Assembly: GCF_009834535.1 (NCBI RefSeq)
Contig: NC_045696.1
Span: 69,566,001-69,630,000 of the forward strand
DNA from: Camelus ferus
Taxonomy: Eukaryota
Length of the DNA: 64,000 bases
Direction: 5' to 3'
In this document: positions 13,360 to 25,972 of the stretch, piece by piece
Numbering within the stretch: position 1 is the first letter of the stretch
Layout of the letters: each line of letters starts with the position of its first letter
Notes under the pieces: model-generated
The model's input: the letters and a program-made list of their open reading frames with translations, nothing else
The model's database searches: none
What the model was told of the DNA's origin: nothing
Translations under genes and position numbers: made by a program

Positions 13360-13527
13360 TTTTTTTTTAAATTTTTTTATTGAGTTATAGTCAGTTTACA
13401 ATGTTGTGTCAATTTCTGTTGTACAGCACAGTCCCTCAGTCATACATGAATATGTATATATTAGTTTTCTTATTTTTTTCACTGTGAGCTACTACAAGGT
13501 ATTGAGTATATTTCCCTGTGCTGTACA
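13360..13527 (-). mobile_element. Young 5'-truncated L1 3' end with TSD
   Basis: Poly-T at the left end, then L1 3' UTR sequence (TTGAGTTATAGTCAGTTTACAATGTTGTGTC...). Flanked by the direct repeat GAAACATGAAAC at 13348-13359 and 13528-13539. Confidence 0.85.
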
Positions 13528-13843
13528 GAAACATGAAACACTCCTAATGCTTTAGCCTGAATACTATGGTCTGGGGACTCCTGTACACAGCTGTAAGACA
13601 GTAGGTAGACTGTTGGGAGTTGTCGGGGTGAATGTGGCAGAAAAGGAAAGCGAAACTAACAGAGTTTCAGAGCCCGCTCTGTGCTAGGCACCGTCACACA
13701 CACGTCTGCCATTTCATCTCATAACCACATTCTGAGGTCATTGTGATTAGTCCTAAAGCCTGCTTTTCAAGTGAAGAAGTAACATGTTTATATTCTTCAC
13801 TCCAACTCTGGCCTGTGCTTTGGGGCGGTTTTATTGTCTAAGG

Positions 13844-14025
13844 CTCACGTTCTCTGACTTGAGTGTACCTTAGAATCTTCCAGAGGGCTTGTTAGAACAC
13901 AGACCGCTGGGCCCAGCACCCTGTTTCTGATTTAGCAGGTCTGGGTGAGGCCTGACGATGTGCGTTTCTGACAAGTTTCCAGGCGACGCTGCTGCTGCTT
14001 CTGGACCACACTCTGAGAGTCTCTG
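13844..14025. mobile_element. MER5A hAT-Charlie MITE
   Basis: AGAATCTTCCAGAGGGCTTGTTAGAACACAGACCGCTGGGCCC...TTTCTGACAAGTTTCCAGGCGACGCTGCTGCTGC...GACCACACTCTGAGA. Confidence 0.8.
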
Positions 14026-14054
14026 GCCTCTGGGGATCATCTGATAACTGAGCC

Positions 14055-14230
14055 CAGTAGTTCCCAAACTGTTCGCATTTTGGAATGGCCTGGGGATCTT
14101 TAAAAGCAAATACTGATTTCTTACTCCCAGGTCCACACATTCTGATTTGCCCATGTAGGGGCAAGCTGGGCATCGCTATTTTTAAAAACTCCCCACCCAG
14201 GTAATTCTAACACGCAGCAAAGCTGACCTA
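14055..14230. mobile_element. MER5B-like MITE
   Basis: CAGTAGTTCCCAAACTG...TTTTTAAAAACTCCCC...GGTAATTCTAA. Confidence 0.65.
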
Positions 14231-14889
14231 GCCTGCTTCTCCTCAGCTCTCATCCCTATCACCACCCTCTCCCTCAGCCGCCCACTGCTGGGGCCACAGA
14301 AGGAGCTTATTTCCTCACGCCACTCAGAGCACTTTTCCAACCCTCCTTCTCCCACTGTCTCAGCACACCTGCTCCTGGAACTCATCGAGTCTCCTTCTTG
14401 CCTTCTCCCTTTTCGTCCGTCCAGTCCCTCATCTCTTTCCCTCTTCAACCTCGAGCTCATGGTGCAGTTATTACCGCAGCCATCTCTTGCCCTCAGTAAT
14501 ACATCAACCGCCTTGTACTTTCTTTGGCCATCTATATCCACCTGGGAACGTTTCAGGAGGAGGAGCTAAATCAAACTGCAGGCATGGAAGTCCAGGGAGG
14601 CTTCTTGAAGTTGGTGACACTTGAGTGGAGTTTTGATGGGCAAGTCAAAGTGGAAGAGGGCATCTCAAGCAGGGGCACAATGTAGGTGGAGCCACAAAAG
14701 AGGGAGACAGTAGGGTTTGCCTGGAGAGCTACCTGTTGTGTACGTCTGGAGCAGGAACTTAGCCCTGTGGTGTCAGGACATAAAATTTTAGAGGTAGCTT
14801 CTTGCCAGATGGGGACGGGCCTCGGGCATCAAGTCAGGGAATTTGCATCTTTACAGGTATAAAGAGCAGTTGATAGGTTTTTGAAGTGA

Positions 14890-15370
14890 CTTTTTAAAAT
14901 GATAACAGTAATACATACTTAGAGAAAATGCAAAACACCTAGAAAAGCATAAAGTAGAAAATTATAATCCCGTGTAATCTAACTACCCAGATCTTACCAC
15001 TGTTAAGATTTTAGAGGAATTTGCCCTTTTCTTCTATGCATATTCTTACAGAGTTGAGAGTGTGCTGCAGAAGTGAGTTCATATCCTGCCTGCACGCTTA
15101 ACATTATAACATATATATAATTCGTGTTTTTGAAATTTTGTAAATATTTTAATACCAGGGTACAATACTATCATATGATACCATGTAATTTATTTTACTA
15201 GTCTCATACAGGCAGAAATGGGGGAGGGGGAGATTTCACTATAATGAATCTACGATAGTCATATTTGTATGAACTTAGATTCTAACAATGGTTTCTTGTG
15301 ATCAATGCCAAGAAAGAAATGAATGAATCAACAGTATGGAAGTTTTAGGCTCTTACTACCAAACTTTTTT
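14890..15370 (-). mobile_element. Old L1 (L1M-type) 3' fragment
   Basis: AT-rich sequence resembling a reverse L1M 3' UTR/ORF2 end (GTAATACATACT...AAAGCATAAAGTAGAAA...TAATCTAACTACCCAGA). Confidence 0.5.
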
Positions 15371-15384
15371 CTAAAAAGTTTTCT

Positions 15385-15515
15385 GAGAGTGGGGAAGGGT
15401 ATAGTGTGTGCTTAGCATGCACGAGGTTTTGGATTCAATCCCCAGTACCTATGTTAAAAGATAAATAAATAAACAAACAAACAAACAGACCTAATTACCT
15501 CCCCCCACCAAAAAG
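15385..15515 (+). mobile_element. Camelid-type tRNA-derived SINE with internal deletion
   Basis: GGGGAAGGGTATAG..TGCTTAGCATGCACGAGGTTTTGGATTCAATCCCCAGTACC, an A-rich middle and a CCTAATTACCTCCCCCC tail. TSD AAGTTTTCT at 15376-15384 and 15516-15524. Confidence 0.85.
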
Positions 15516-15910
15516 AAGTTTTCTACCAGTTTCCACTCTGATCAGAGGTAGGAAAGAACATACATTTCATCCTGTCTTCCCAGCACGTGGGGTTATGATT
15601 GGTGCCACTGAAGGGTTTTTGGTAGGGAGTAGTGACATGAGCAGACTTGCATTTATAAACTCCTGCCCTGGAGGCTGAGTCCAGAGGCCAGATTGGAATT
15701 ACACTGTCGCCCGTGCTGTTCCACCTCTCCTTCCGGATTCTCCTCTTCCCGTCTTCCCAATCTTCCTCTTCTTTCTTTCATGAAGAGTGTACACTAAGTG
15801 TTTGCTGCACACAGAGCTCTGCACAAGGCTTTGTTACCAAGAGCAGTGCTAAAAGGTGGTTGTCACAAGGTGGTGCCCAGCCCAGAGACCATCTTTTTAT
15901 AGTTCTATTA

Positions 15911-15937
15911 AAACAAACAAACAAACAAACAAACAAC
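15911..15937. repeat. (AAAC)n microsatellite
   Basis: Read directly from the sequence. Confidence 0.9.
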
Positions 15938-17102
15938 TTTCCTGACAGTAATTCTCATTAGGTAGAAATCTTTTTTATATTTTCCAGCAAAATTGCCAAG
16001 TGAGTTTACTGCTAAATTAAACTTTTCTGCATCCTGTGACTATCCAGCCCTATATGTGATCATCTCTGTCCCTGGAATGTCCTTCCTCTTTCTCCTTCTT
16101 AACACAACAAATTACCTAGGCATTCATCCTTCAAAACCTTCCTTGAACGTCTGTGAGATCTTTCTTCCATGCCTTGCCCAGTCAGAATCAGTTACTCGGG
16201 CCTCCTGTTCCTATAGTTCAATTACAACATTTTCTGCAGTTAACACTTTTCTCCCTCTTGGCTAAGAGTCCTTCAAGAGTAGAACGTTTTGTATTTCTAG
16301 TTCTTAACACAGGGTCTGGCACTTGGTTGCTTCTCAGTAACTGTTGAATGAATGAGTGAGTTAATTAATTCCTGTTTTACTGAGATGCATGGAATGAGGT
16401 GAAGAGTCTAAAGACAATATGGAGATAGTATGAATTGCCAAAACCACACTCTGAATCATGGGTGCCTAAAGTGACACAGACACCTGGTATATCAGATGTC
16501 CTGATCCTGGATTCTAAGTTCTGAACATTAAATGTTCTGTGTGCCTGGACATTAACTTATACTCTGTTCTGTTTCATTTTAACTCCAAATTTAGTTTCTG
16601 CATAAGTATCTGTATGCTAGAGGAAGTACCAGGAAACAAGTGATGCCAGAATTTCCCAAAATGTGTTCCAAAGAAAACTACCCTGGATAACTATAAAGCT
16701 GTTTATAGGTATCACACAAAAGAAGAGTCTCATGGTCCAATAAGTTTGGGAAACAAAGTTAAATATATTTCTTTACCTCAGAACTTCCTGGTGGGCATTT
16801 TCAGCAGTTGAAAGAAAGATCAGTTAGACAATGGTAGAGAAACAGAAGAGCAGTCAGGTCCCCTTCAGTAGTAGACAGGAGTCATCCTAGCCTCTTCATG
16901 CCAGAGAAGATGCAGAGTACAGATACAAAGGCAGAATGGCAAAGAGTATGACAAGACCCTAGCCCCTTCCCCTGCTCTTACCTTCTAAGTCCCACATTTG
17001 TGTAAGCCCCTGCCCCCCCACCCACCCACCCATCCATCTGCCCACCAGTCCGCCATGCTGATGAGATCAGCTTGCATTACTTCCCTCTTCTGGAGCCAGG
17101 GA

Positions 17103-17155
17103 GCAAGGTAATGTGTGGGAAGTGATAGCTGCAAGGTAATGTGTGGGAAGTGATA
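17103..17155. repeat. 25-bp direct repeat (period 28)
   Basis: GCAAGGTAATGTGTGGGAAGTGATA at 17103-17127 and 17131-17155. Confidence 0.95.
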
Positions 17156-17477
17156 ACAACTTTTCGAGTTAAAGCCATTCAACAGGAAAATTTGTTAAAA
17201 GACCAAGACATTGTAAAAAGCTGAAACACTTGAGTCTATTAAGTCCCCTGCTTCTCAGAACATTTTGTTACCAGGGAATGTTTCAAGGAGGGGAAACACT
17301 GAACTATCACAGCACTGTCAGATACCAAATCCTGGTACAGAGAGCAACATTTTACAAGACATCTGTCTCTCTGCCAACAGGGTAACTTCTACAGAGTTCT
17401 GTTTCTCTTTTCTCCTCCATTCTCCTACCCCAGTATAACTCCCCCACCCTCCTCACCCCTAACATATCCTACACATA

Positions 17478-17580
17478 TCCCCTGCCTCTTCCTCCTCCTC
17501 CTGCCCCCTCCTCCTCCACCTTCTTCTTCTCTCTCTCCCCCGCCCTCCTCCTTTCCCCTTCCCTCTCCCTCCCCTTTCTC
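17478..17580. repeat. CT-rich low-complexity polypyrimidine tract
   Basis: About 100 nt of almost pure C/T with CCT and CTT units. Confidence 0.9.
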
Positions 17581-19165
17581 ATTCACAATCCATACTGATT
17601 TCACAGGCACTGTAAAATGACTCTAAAACTATCCAATGGTTATTCAGCTTTGGTAAGAAGAGAACTAATTAAGTGACTAGAGGTTTAGACATTTGTTGTT
17701 TATTGGATCCAAACTCTTTACAAGAGCTGGAGTGTTCTCCTAAGCAAACATTGCCCTTTCATGGCTTCTTGTTCCATGTCCAAATGAGATGGAGGGTTTC
17801 AGGAGACAGTAGCTTTTCACAGATGTGCAAAAAGGAGTACCAGAGAAGGAGAATGGGAGTGTTGATGGATGTCGAGGGGAAAACCTATGTGCCTATCACA
17901 GAGAGACTAATGCAGTTTGTGTATCTGTTGGCAGCTGATGGCCACACATTTGTGGTCACATCTGTGGTCAGCCCAATAGTTTAACTGTCTTCTTTAGCAG
18001 TATATCCGTCAAGAGAATGTTTTCTAAACAATAGTTAGTCTTCTAAACCAAAAAGTAAAGACAAACCCAAATACCTCCTTGCCAATCGTAATAAACACTA
18101 TCACACTATACCAGGAGGCACCTTAGAAGACAGAAGCCATCTGTTAAATAAACAGAAGCGTTCACACAGAACAGTTTTCTAGTTTGTAAGTGCGAATAGG
18201 ATGTTAGTGATTAGCCACAACCTATGAGAAAATTACCCTCGCCTTAGTAGGCAAAGGAATGGAAGCTTTTAAAGGATCTGCCTTTTTACTTTGCTTCTGT
18301 TTTAAATAAATAGACGTTGTGTTGTGAAAATGAGTTTTGGGCCCAACATCAAACCTTAATCCTGCCATTGCTTTCCCAAGAAATTGAACCGGCCCAATCC
18401 AAGCTCCAGGAACTCTGAAAAATGGACCTCTTCTAGGTGTCGAATCAGAAGCAACTGCCATTGTGGGAGGCCCTCGAGCCTAGGTGACTCTGAGCCTAAG
18501 ACTCATATTTTCTGTCCCTCTTTTTGTACTGTGCACCCAGAATCATCTGGTGTAGGTGAAATATTCTTTTCTTTGGCTCCGATTAGGCACCTGGTGTCCT
18601 GAAAGAGGTCACTGACTTCCCCAAGGATGTCCAAGGAGGTTGGCTCACCACTGGCTCACCGCAGGCCAGATTTGCAGTTAATTAACCATCAATCATCGCC
18701 AGTAGGGCCAAGATGTTATTCAGACATTCAGAGAGGAGAAACCTGATCCAGCTATGGATAATGACCTTCATCAGCATTCCTTCCTATCCTGATCCCAAAC
18801 CAGTGTGTCTTCAGCTGCACTGGGGGGAGGGGGTTGAAAAGTATTTCAGAAATAGCCAGTCCATCATTTACGTTACTCTCCATTTGAAGAGGCTCCTGGA
18901 TATATCTGCCTATTCATCGGATGCACGGTAACCTTCTGAATCAAAACCTTTTTTCACTAGAACTGGGTTTCTGTTCATGAAAAGGTACATTTATTGACTC
19001 CTGGGGAAATTCCCTCTCCAGAATGAGGATGAAAATGCTGTTTGGTGGGAAATGAACGGCTATGGACAGATCTGGGTTGACCACCTTGGGACCAGACCTT
19101 CTGGCCTGAACCAGACTGGGGAACAGAGAGATACGTGCACTGCTTTAACTTGTCTCACTCTGCAG

Positions 19166-19286
19166 ACCTCAGTGACCAGCTTCTTGAAGTGGTGGGGCTA
19201 GAGGGAGCCATGGAAATGGGGCAGATCTACACTGGCCTGAAGAGTGCTGGCAGGAGGCTGGCCCAGTGCTCCTCTGTCTCCATCAG
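19166..19286 (+). CDS. DGKG: DGKG internal coding exon, 121 nt, phase 1 to 2
   Basis: TGCAG acceptor at 19161-19165; donor GTACG at 19287. Continues the frame: (D)[39 protein letters not shown](R). Confidence 0.96.
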
Positions 19287-21504
19287 GTACGCTTCCTCAT
19301 TTACCCTACAGCCTCCCACTCTCCCCACCTCCCTTAATATTCTTACAGATAACAACTAGGAAGCCATCTTTGGATTTCCATTCAGGGAGAGTTGGGGACA
19401 GAAGTTTGATAACATTTCTAAAGAATGTCTTTGGAGACCATTTCCCAAACCAGTTATAATGCAACCACCCAGGACATCGACTGGAAAATCCACCGCAGCC
19501 AGTTTGCTGTTCTCTTAGAATGAATTGGTGAAATTCTCTAAATAGGATTGAGAGGTTATGAGGCCCAGGGAACCAGAGATCCAACTCCTTGCCTTCTTTA
19601 TCTTTACAAATTGAAATGTTAAATGTGTGCCACAGGGCACACTTTGGCAAAAACCAGGTTCTCTGCTGTACTCTGCTCTTTCCTGGGTGGTGGTCTTAGA
19701 AATACTTTTATTAGAATTAGAAACCCTGAATACCTTTGTAGAGCTAAACCATCAATGTCAGCAACATGTCATAATTGACTTAAGTGGATAACAATTCTTT
19801 AGCGTCTGAACCATCCAGGTCAGTCACTGCAGGCTCCTGGAAGAGATGGGGTCTACTGGAGGGGACCTTCTGATTTTGGTGGCTTCTGATTTTAATAAGT
19901 GCAACTAGTCACAGAGTTTTCTCCACCTGATTATTTTAGAAGTCTTTATTCCTTTCCATATCCCATTTAATTTCTACAGATCAGATCTATCCATGTGTCT
20001 TGGGGATCTCCTAGAGGGGACCACAGCATGCAGGTTGCCCAAAGTTATTTAAACACAAAACCCATGTAACCCTTAACCTCTTGGACAAGTGTCCTCAAAG
20101 CTCATTTAGGGAAACTCTGTTCTTAGTGCCACCCTGCATCTTCCAGAAAGGTCTCCAGAGCTGGTTTCCCGGTCTATCTCACTAAGCCCTTTTCTTCATC
20201 CCCATTCTGTGCCTTCTCTGTTTTTTCTATTGTTCCCCAAATCTTTGCTCCTCTTTCTGTCTGGGTGGTTCTTGTGCTGGGGCAGTTGTTTTCCAGATTA
20301 ATCTCTGTGGTTCCTTCCCTGTCCTTCCCCCAGGACTTGCACACTGAGTAGGTCCAGTCTGTTAGTGCATCCAGGCCATAACATATGTAGACCAAAGAAT
20401 ATAGCATCTTGGTCCCTGAAGAATTTTTTTAAACATGTATAAGAGAGAAGATATTTTCTATTTCCAGACAGAAACAGAGGGGATGAGTCAGGGGCCCCGT
20501 CCTCCTGGGCATTCCCCAGATAGCCTCCTCAGCCCCCCAAGCCAGAATGCTACTCTCTCCTCTTATTATTTGTTTTATTAGTAGGTTTATTGTTTTCGTT
20601 ATTAAATATCCTCAGGGTCAGTCAGAGAATCATCTCCATCAAAACATGGCTTGCCTCTCTCATTTTATAATTTCAAAACCAGGGAAGATGCCAAACCCAG
20701 GTGAGAGCTTTCTGGTCAGTGGGTGGCAGCTGTTGCCTGCTCACCCAGACCAGAGGCCTCTGAAAGGACCTGCCTGAGTTTCTCCTTTGTCTCTCTGTCT
20801 ATATGCCAAAGAAGCCCTGTCCCAAGCAAGAAACCAATGCTTTCTCCTCTCCCCTCCACTGACCCATGGGGATCATATTCCCAGTGGCCCCCTTTCCCAG
20901 CTAAGCCAGGTCCACAGTCCATGCAACTGCATGGGCTACTCTTGTTCAGGAGATAAAAGAGGGGATGGTTTAGGATCGGGGGCCAGGCAAGACACACTCA
21001 GACCTGAGCTGTACCTCGTATAAGTGGGAGACGTTACCTCATTGACATGATGCAACCACTCACTCAACATAGAACCCAGGCCTTTCCCCATTTCATAACC
21101 CTTCCCATTTCACAGGGGAATTTCTGGCACCGTGGGCAGGCCCCCCGGCTGGTGTGTTTGACTGGGGGGGTCTGCTCAGCTGTGGTGCTGCCATACTGGT
21201 TGGCCACTGTTGCCCAGACTCCTGTGGACTTCACTGCTCACACAGGGCAGTGTTTCTCAAAGTAGAGTCTGAGTTCTGAAGCCACAGATTTGTCCATGGT
21301 GCTTATTAAAACACAGTCCCCTGGGCCTGGTCCAGACCTGCCCAGTTGGTACCTCTGAGGTGGGCTCAGAAGCCCACCAGGAGAGTCTTCAGAACCACTC
21401 TTAGGTGGGCGGATCAGGTCTTCCCACTTTGTTTCCCTGGTGAGGACCACCCTCATCCTCTGACTCCAGGAAGCTCACTCTGTTCTCTGTTTCCGGGGCT
21501 CCAG

Positions 21505-21565
21505 GACGAACAAGCTGCTGCCAATGCAAGTGGATGGAGAGCCCTGGATGCAGCCACCGTGCACG
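21505..21565 (+). CDS. DGKG: DGKG penultimate coding exon, 61 nt, phase 2 to 0
   Basis: CCAG acceptor at 21501-21504; donor GTGAG at 21566. Encodes (R)[20 protein letters not shown], which includes the conserved [12 protein letters not shown] motif. Confidence 0.96.
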
Positions 21566-22725
21566 GTGAGTTTTGCTGATCTCTGAGATGAGGGTGAGCA
21601 GCTTTATTTTGGGCCCCTTTGGGTCCCTGACTTAGTATGAAATCACTGAGTCTCAGAGTGGCAGGGGCTTTGTGAGATCATCTAGTACAGCTTCTGCCCC
21701 ACTTTATTCATCCATCAATCCATTCATTACCTGCCAAGCCACTGAGTACATGCCATGTGCCAGGCACTGCGAGGTGCCAGTTCCAAAAATGAAGGAGACG
21801 TAGGCCTATCTTCAAGGAGCTCACAGTTCTAGGCAGTGAATTCAGAGGCTTCATCTGCAGTAGCCTTGAGAGCCTCAGCTTGGATAACTCCAGTGGCAAG
21901 GAACTTACCACCCCAAAAGGAAGGCTGTTTTGCTGATGAAAAAATGATTCTTAGAAGGTGCTTCTTTAGGTGGAAGCCAAATCTGCTCGCTCACCCTAGA
22001 ACTTCCACCTCATCGCTGTGACCGCCGGAGCTCCTGGGGGAGAATTCCTCATGCTAGTGGAGTATTCAGATGTCTTACTAACCTGCCATGTCAAACCCTT
22101 CAGAACATCAAGTTGTCTTCTTCTATCAGAGACGGTTTTCGTGAGACTGCTGCTGGGCCTGAATAGGAGGGGCATTTCTGTAACGCTTTGTTCCATGTAA
22201 CTTCTATAAAGTGTGAAACTGGTCCTTAGGGGCGCAGGCTCAAGAAACGGCGTCTTCTGTAAAAGTTATCTGAAGTAGAACTTTTTCTACAAAATCTTAC
22301 CTCAGTCTTTTGGTTTCTATAAAGTCTGAGAAAAGGATGAAAACACACTATAGCAAAAACTAACAATATCTGACCCATTGTTAGAATTAGGAAGGGTGGG
22401 GGGGAGTTTCTACCACTGATGATTTTGATGGAGCTGAACTAAGAAAGATCTAGCCAAGCTCCTCCTGTCTCCTAAAAGGAGGAAAAGAAGGGGGGTGGGG
22501 GGGGGGGGCTGGAGGGAAGCAAGCCCCCTGCCACCCAGCTCAGTGGTACCTGGAAACTGGACTGCTGTTCTTCTCAATCCAAGCACTGGTTTTGAAATAG
22601 CCAAATACTCCTCCTACCCCCACTCTCTCTCCATGCCACCCCTTGGAGATTACAAGTCATTATGGAAAAAAGCTGTGACCCAGTGATTGTAAGGTGTGCA
22701 GTCTGTGGAAATCTGTATGCGGAAG

Positions 22726-23075
22726 TATATTAGTCTGTTCAGACTGCCCTAACAAAATCCCACAGACTGAATGTCTGAAAAAACAGAAATGTATTTTCTC
22801 ACAGTTCTGGAGGCTGGAAGCCCAAGATGAAGGTGTCCGCAGGGTTGCTTTCTTGTGAGGCCTTTCCTCCTGACCTGCAGAGGGCAGCCTTCTCACCATG
22901 GCCTCACATGGCCTTCCTCTGTGTGCCTTCACTCCTGATGTGTCTTCCTCTTCTTATATGGACTCCAGTCTTATTGTATTAGGGCTCCACCCTTATGTCC
23001 TCTTTTAGCCTCATTTATTTCCTTGAAAGCCGCATCTCCAAATGCAGTCACATGGAGGGGTTGGGGCTTCAACAT
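22726..23075 (-). mobile_element. MLT1A-like (ERVL-MaLR) solo LTR
   Basis: TATTAGTCTGTTCAGACTGCCCTAACAAAATCCCACAGACTG...TTTTCTCACAGTTCTGGAGGCTGGAAGCCCAAGATGAAGGTG...CTCCAAATGCAGTCACAT...CTTCAACAT. Confidence 0.85.
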
Positions 23076-25630
23076 TCTTAAACTTGCAAGAGTTAAAACA
23101 AAAGTGCCCTTTTTGAAACACTTTCCTGAAAACACACACCAACCATGAGGTGATTCAGAATTAAAGGCTAAATAATGGGATGTCACAGCACAAAAGAACT
23201 TTTGGTAAAAATTAAAACCAGTTAAGTTAGAATGAATTAAAAAAAAAAAAAAACCACTAAATTAGGTTATGCAACTGAACGCAAATGGCAAAAACCATTC
23301 TTTGAAAGAGAAGATATATGATGTAAACATTTGTAACTTGGATCCCAAAACTACAGTTATATTAACCAAGGCTGAAAGCATGTGGGGGACATTGTTGAAG
23401 GAATCGTAAAAAATATGTTAAATTTTCATGTCTCTCTTCACTTTGATAATTACAAAATACAAATCTGAAGAAAAATTTAATAACTAGATTAACTACTAGT
23501 GGAACTAATAAACAGGGAACACACCTTTCAAATCTGGAAGAATTTAAATTTTATGAACCCTAGCAAAGTAGCACAAGGCAGAAAGCAAATAACAAGCAAA
23601 CAATTTAAAATTTTTTTATTAAAAGAGGTTAAAACTAAATATATCAATAATGTCAAAAAACATAAATGTGTTAAAGTCCCCTGTTAAACGAGCAGAACAC
23701 TCATATTGGGTTAAAAATTAAAATCCAATGACATAGTTCTTAAAAAGAGGTACATCTAAAACAAAAGGACATATATGTCTTTTTATTTATTCTTTGTCAA
23801 ACATAGAGAAATTAAAAGTGAGAAATGATAATTTGGGACAAACTAACCTTCTATAATATACCAAAACCATAAAGTGGAATAAAGAAGGCCATTTTTTATT
23901 TAATAAAAATACATTCAGTTTTGAGATGTAATGGTCATGAAATTTTAGGTGTCTAATAACAGAATCAAAATATATACTGTGAAAAACAGTGTAGATGTAT
24001 ATTCTGAGAAAAAATACATAGATAAGAAATTGACAGAAAGACAGGCATTGAAAGACTTTAAAATATTTGTTTCTGCCTTTGAGGTCAAGTAGTAAATAAA
24101 TAAATGACATAAAACTTGGATTAGGAAAAAGAAGCTCATAGGTATAGAGAAGATCTAGAACTAGGTCTTCTTTAAACAAGTCAAATGTTTGAAAACCTGA
24201 TTTCAAAAAGAGGAAAAGAAAAGCAGAGACAGAGACATTAAAATATTTAAAGTATATAAAAATGTAATATAAATATGGTAATAGTTTTAATTATTAGACA
24301 TTATATAACTACATATATATAATCATCTTGATTCTAATAAACTTGAACATCTTATGGAAATCCTAGGTAACCATTAATGAAATAGAAAATATTTTTAACG
24401 AATTAGATCCAAAATTATCTTAAAACAGATGGCCTTACTGGTGAGTTCTTCCATACTATTAGGAAATAAATATTTATGTAAACTTTTCCATAGTATAAAC
24501 AAAGATAGAAAGCTACCCAATCCATTTCATAAACTTAAGACAGATATAAATGCCTAACAAAAACTGTGCTTAAAAATAGAATACTGGAGACCAGTCTCAA
24601 ATTTGAACTTGATACAAACATTATAGTTAAAGTATTTGTAGCTAGAATTGAACAACATATTAAAAGATTTATTCACTCCTCAGGAAGAACGTATCAAAGG
24701 AATGCAAGGAAGTCTTGTTACATAAATTTAGATAGAAAAATTACATAATATGAATAGATGACCCCAAAATACTCAAATACATTCACAACATTTCTGATTT
24801 TTAAAGATAAAAACTCTTAGGATACTCAGACCAGAAATCCACTTCCTCAAAATAATAAAAATATCTGTCTCAAACCAATAACTAATATTTTATGTAATAG
24901 TAAAACACCAACGGAATTCTCATTAAAATCATGGATGAGACATGTATGCTAACGTTGTTTGGAAGTTCTAGCCAGTGCAAAACACATGAAGCAGAAAAGA
25001 AATATAACTATTTGGAAAAGAAAGCCATCATTATTTCCAGATAATATGATTATGTGTATAGAAAGCTAATAAAATCAACTGAAAACCTCATCAGTTAAAT
25101 TATTTCAATGAAGCTGTGGAAGTAGAGAAAGATAAAATTTAATAGCATTCATGTATACTAGCAATAACCAGTCAGAAGAATATAGATAGAAAAAAGTTAA
25201 AATTATCATAACGGTAACAAACAAAAACAAAATACCAAACTGAATTGTGAAAAATAGATAAGACTTCAAGACTTAACGAATATAAGAGAAAAAATCTGAA
25301 TTTAGAAACATCCCACGCTTCTAAATATGGATCCCAAACAAAATCCCTATCGATTTTTTTTTAACTTGACAAAACAACGCAATAGCTAAGGCATTTTATA
25401 AGAGCTATGAAGAAGGACTTCCCACAAGATATTAAGATAGTTATAAAGCCACAATAATTGGCACAATATTGGATAGATAAGTCAGCAGTACAGAAGAGAG
25501 CCCTAAGAAGCCCTAGGATACATAGACGCTAATGAAGGAAAAAAGGAAAGATCATAAACTAATTTGAAAGTTATGGACTGTTTAACGTCTGGTATCCAAG
25601 AAACTGCCTGTTTGGGGAAATACCATTATA

Positions 25631-25972
25631 TAGTTGGCCCTCCACATCCGTGGGCTTTGCATCCTTGGATTCAACCAACCTTGAATTGAAAATATTCAGA
25701 AAAAAAATTCCAGAAAGTTCGAAAAAGCAAAATTAGAATTTGCTGACTGCTGGCAACTATTTACATAGCACTTACACTGTATTTACAACTATTTACATCA
25801 CACTAGGTATTGTAAGTAATCTAGAGATGACTGACAGTATATGGGATGTGCATAGGTTACATGCAGATAGTATGCCATCTTACATAAGGGACTTGTGTAA
25901 AACTGGCATCCAGGGATTTTGGTATCACAGGGGTTTGAGAACCAATTCCCCATGGATACCAAGAGACAACTG
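25631..25972 (-). mobile_element. MER2-like Tigger (TcMar) MITE inserted in the L1
   Basis: Imperfect ~24-bp TIRs (TAGTTGGCCCTCCACATCCGTGGG / CCCATGGATACCAAGAGACAACTG) with TA on both sides (25629-25630 and 25973-25974). Internal TAAGTAATCTAGAGATG matches MER2. Confidence 0.85.

Noticed and set aside
21346..21579. 77-aa ORF overlapping the DGKG exon
   Set aside because: Wrong frame; the true exon frame encodes [14 protein letters not shown].
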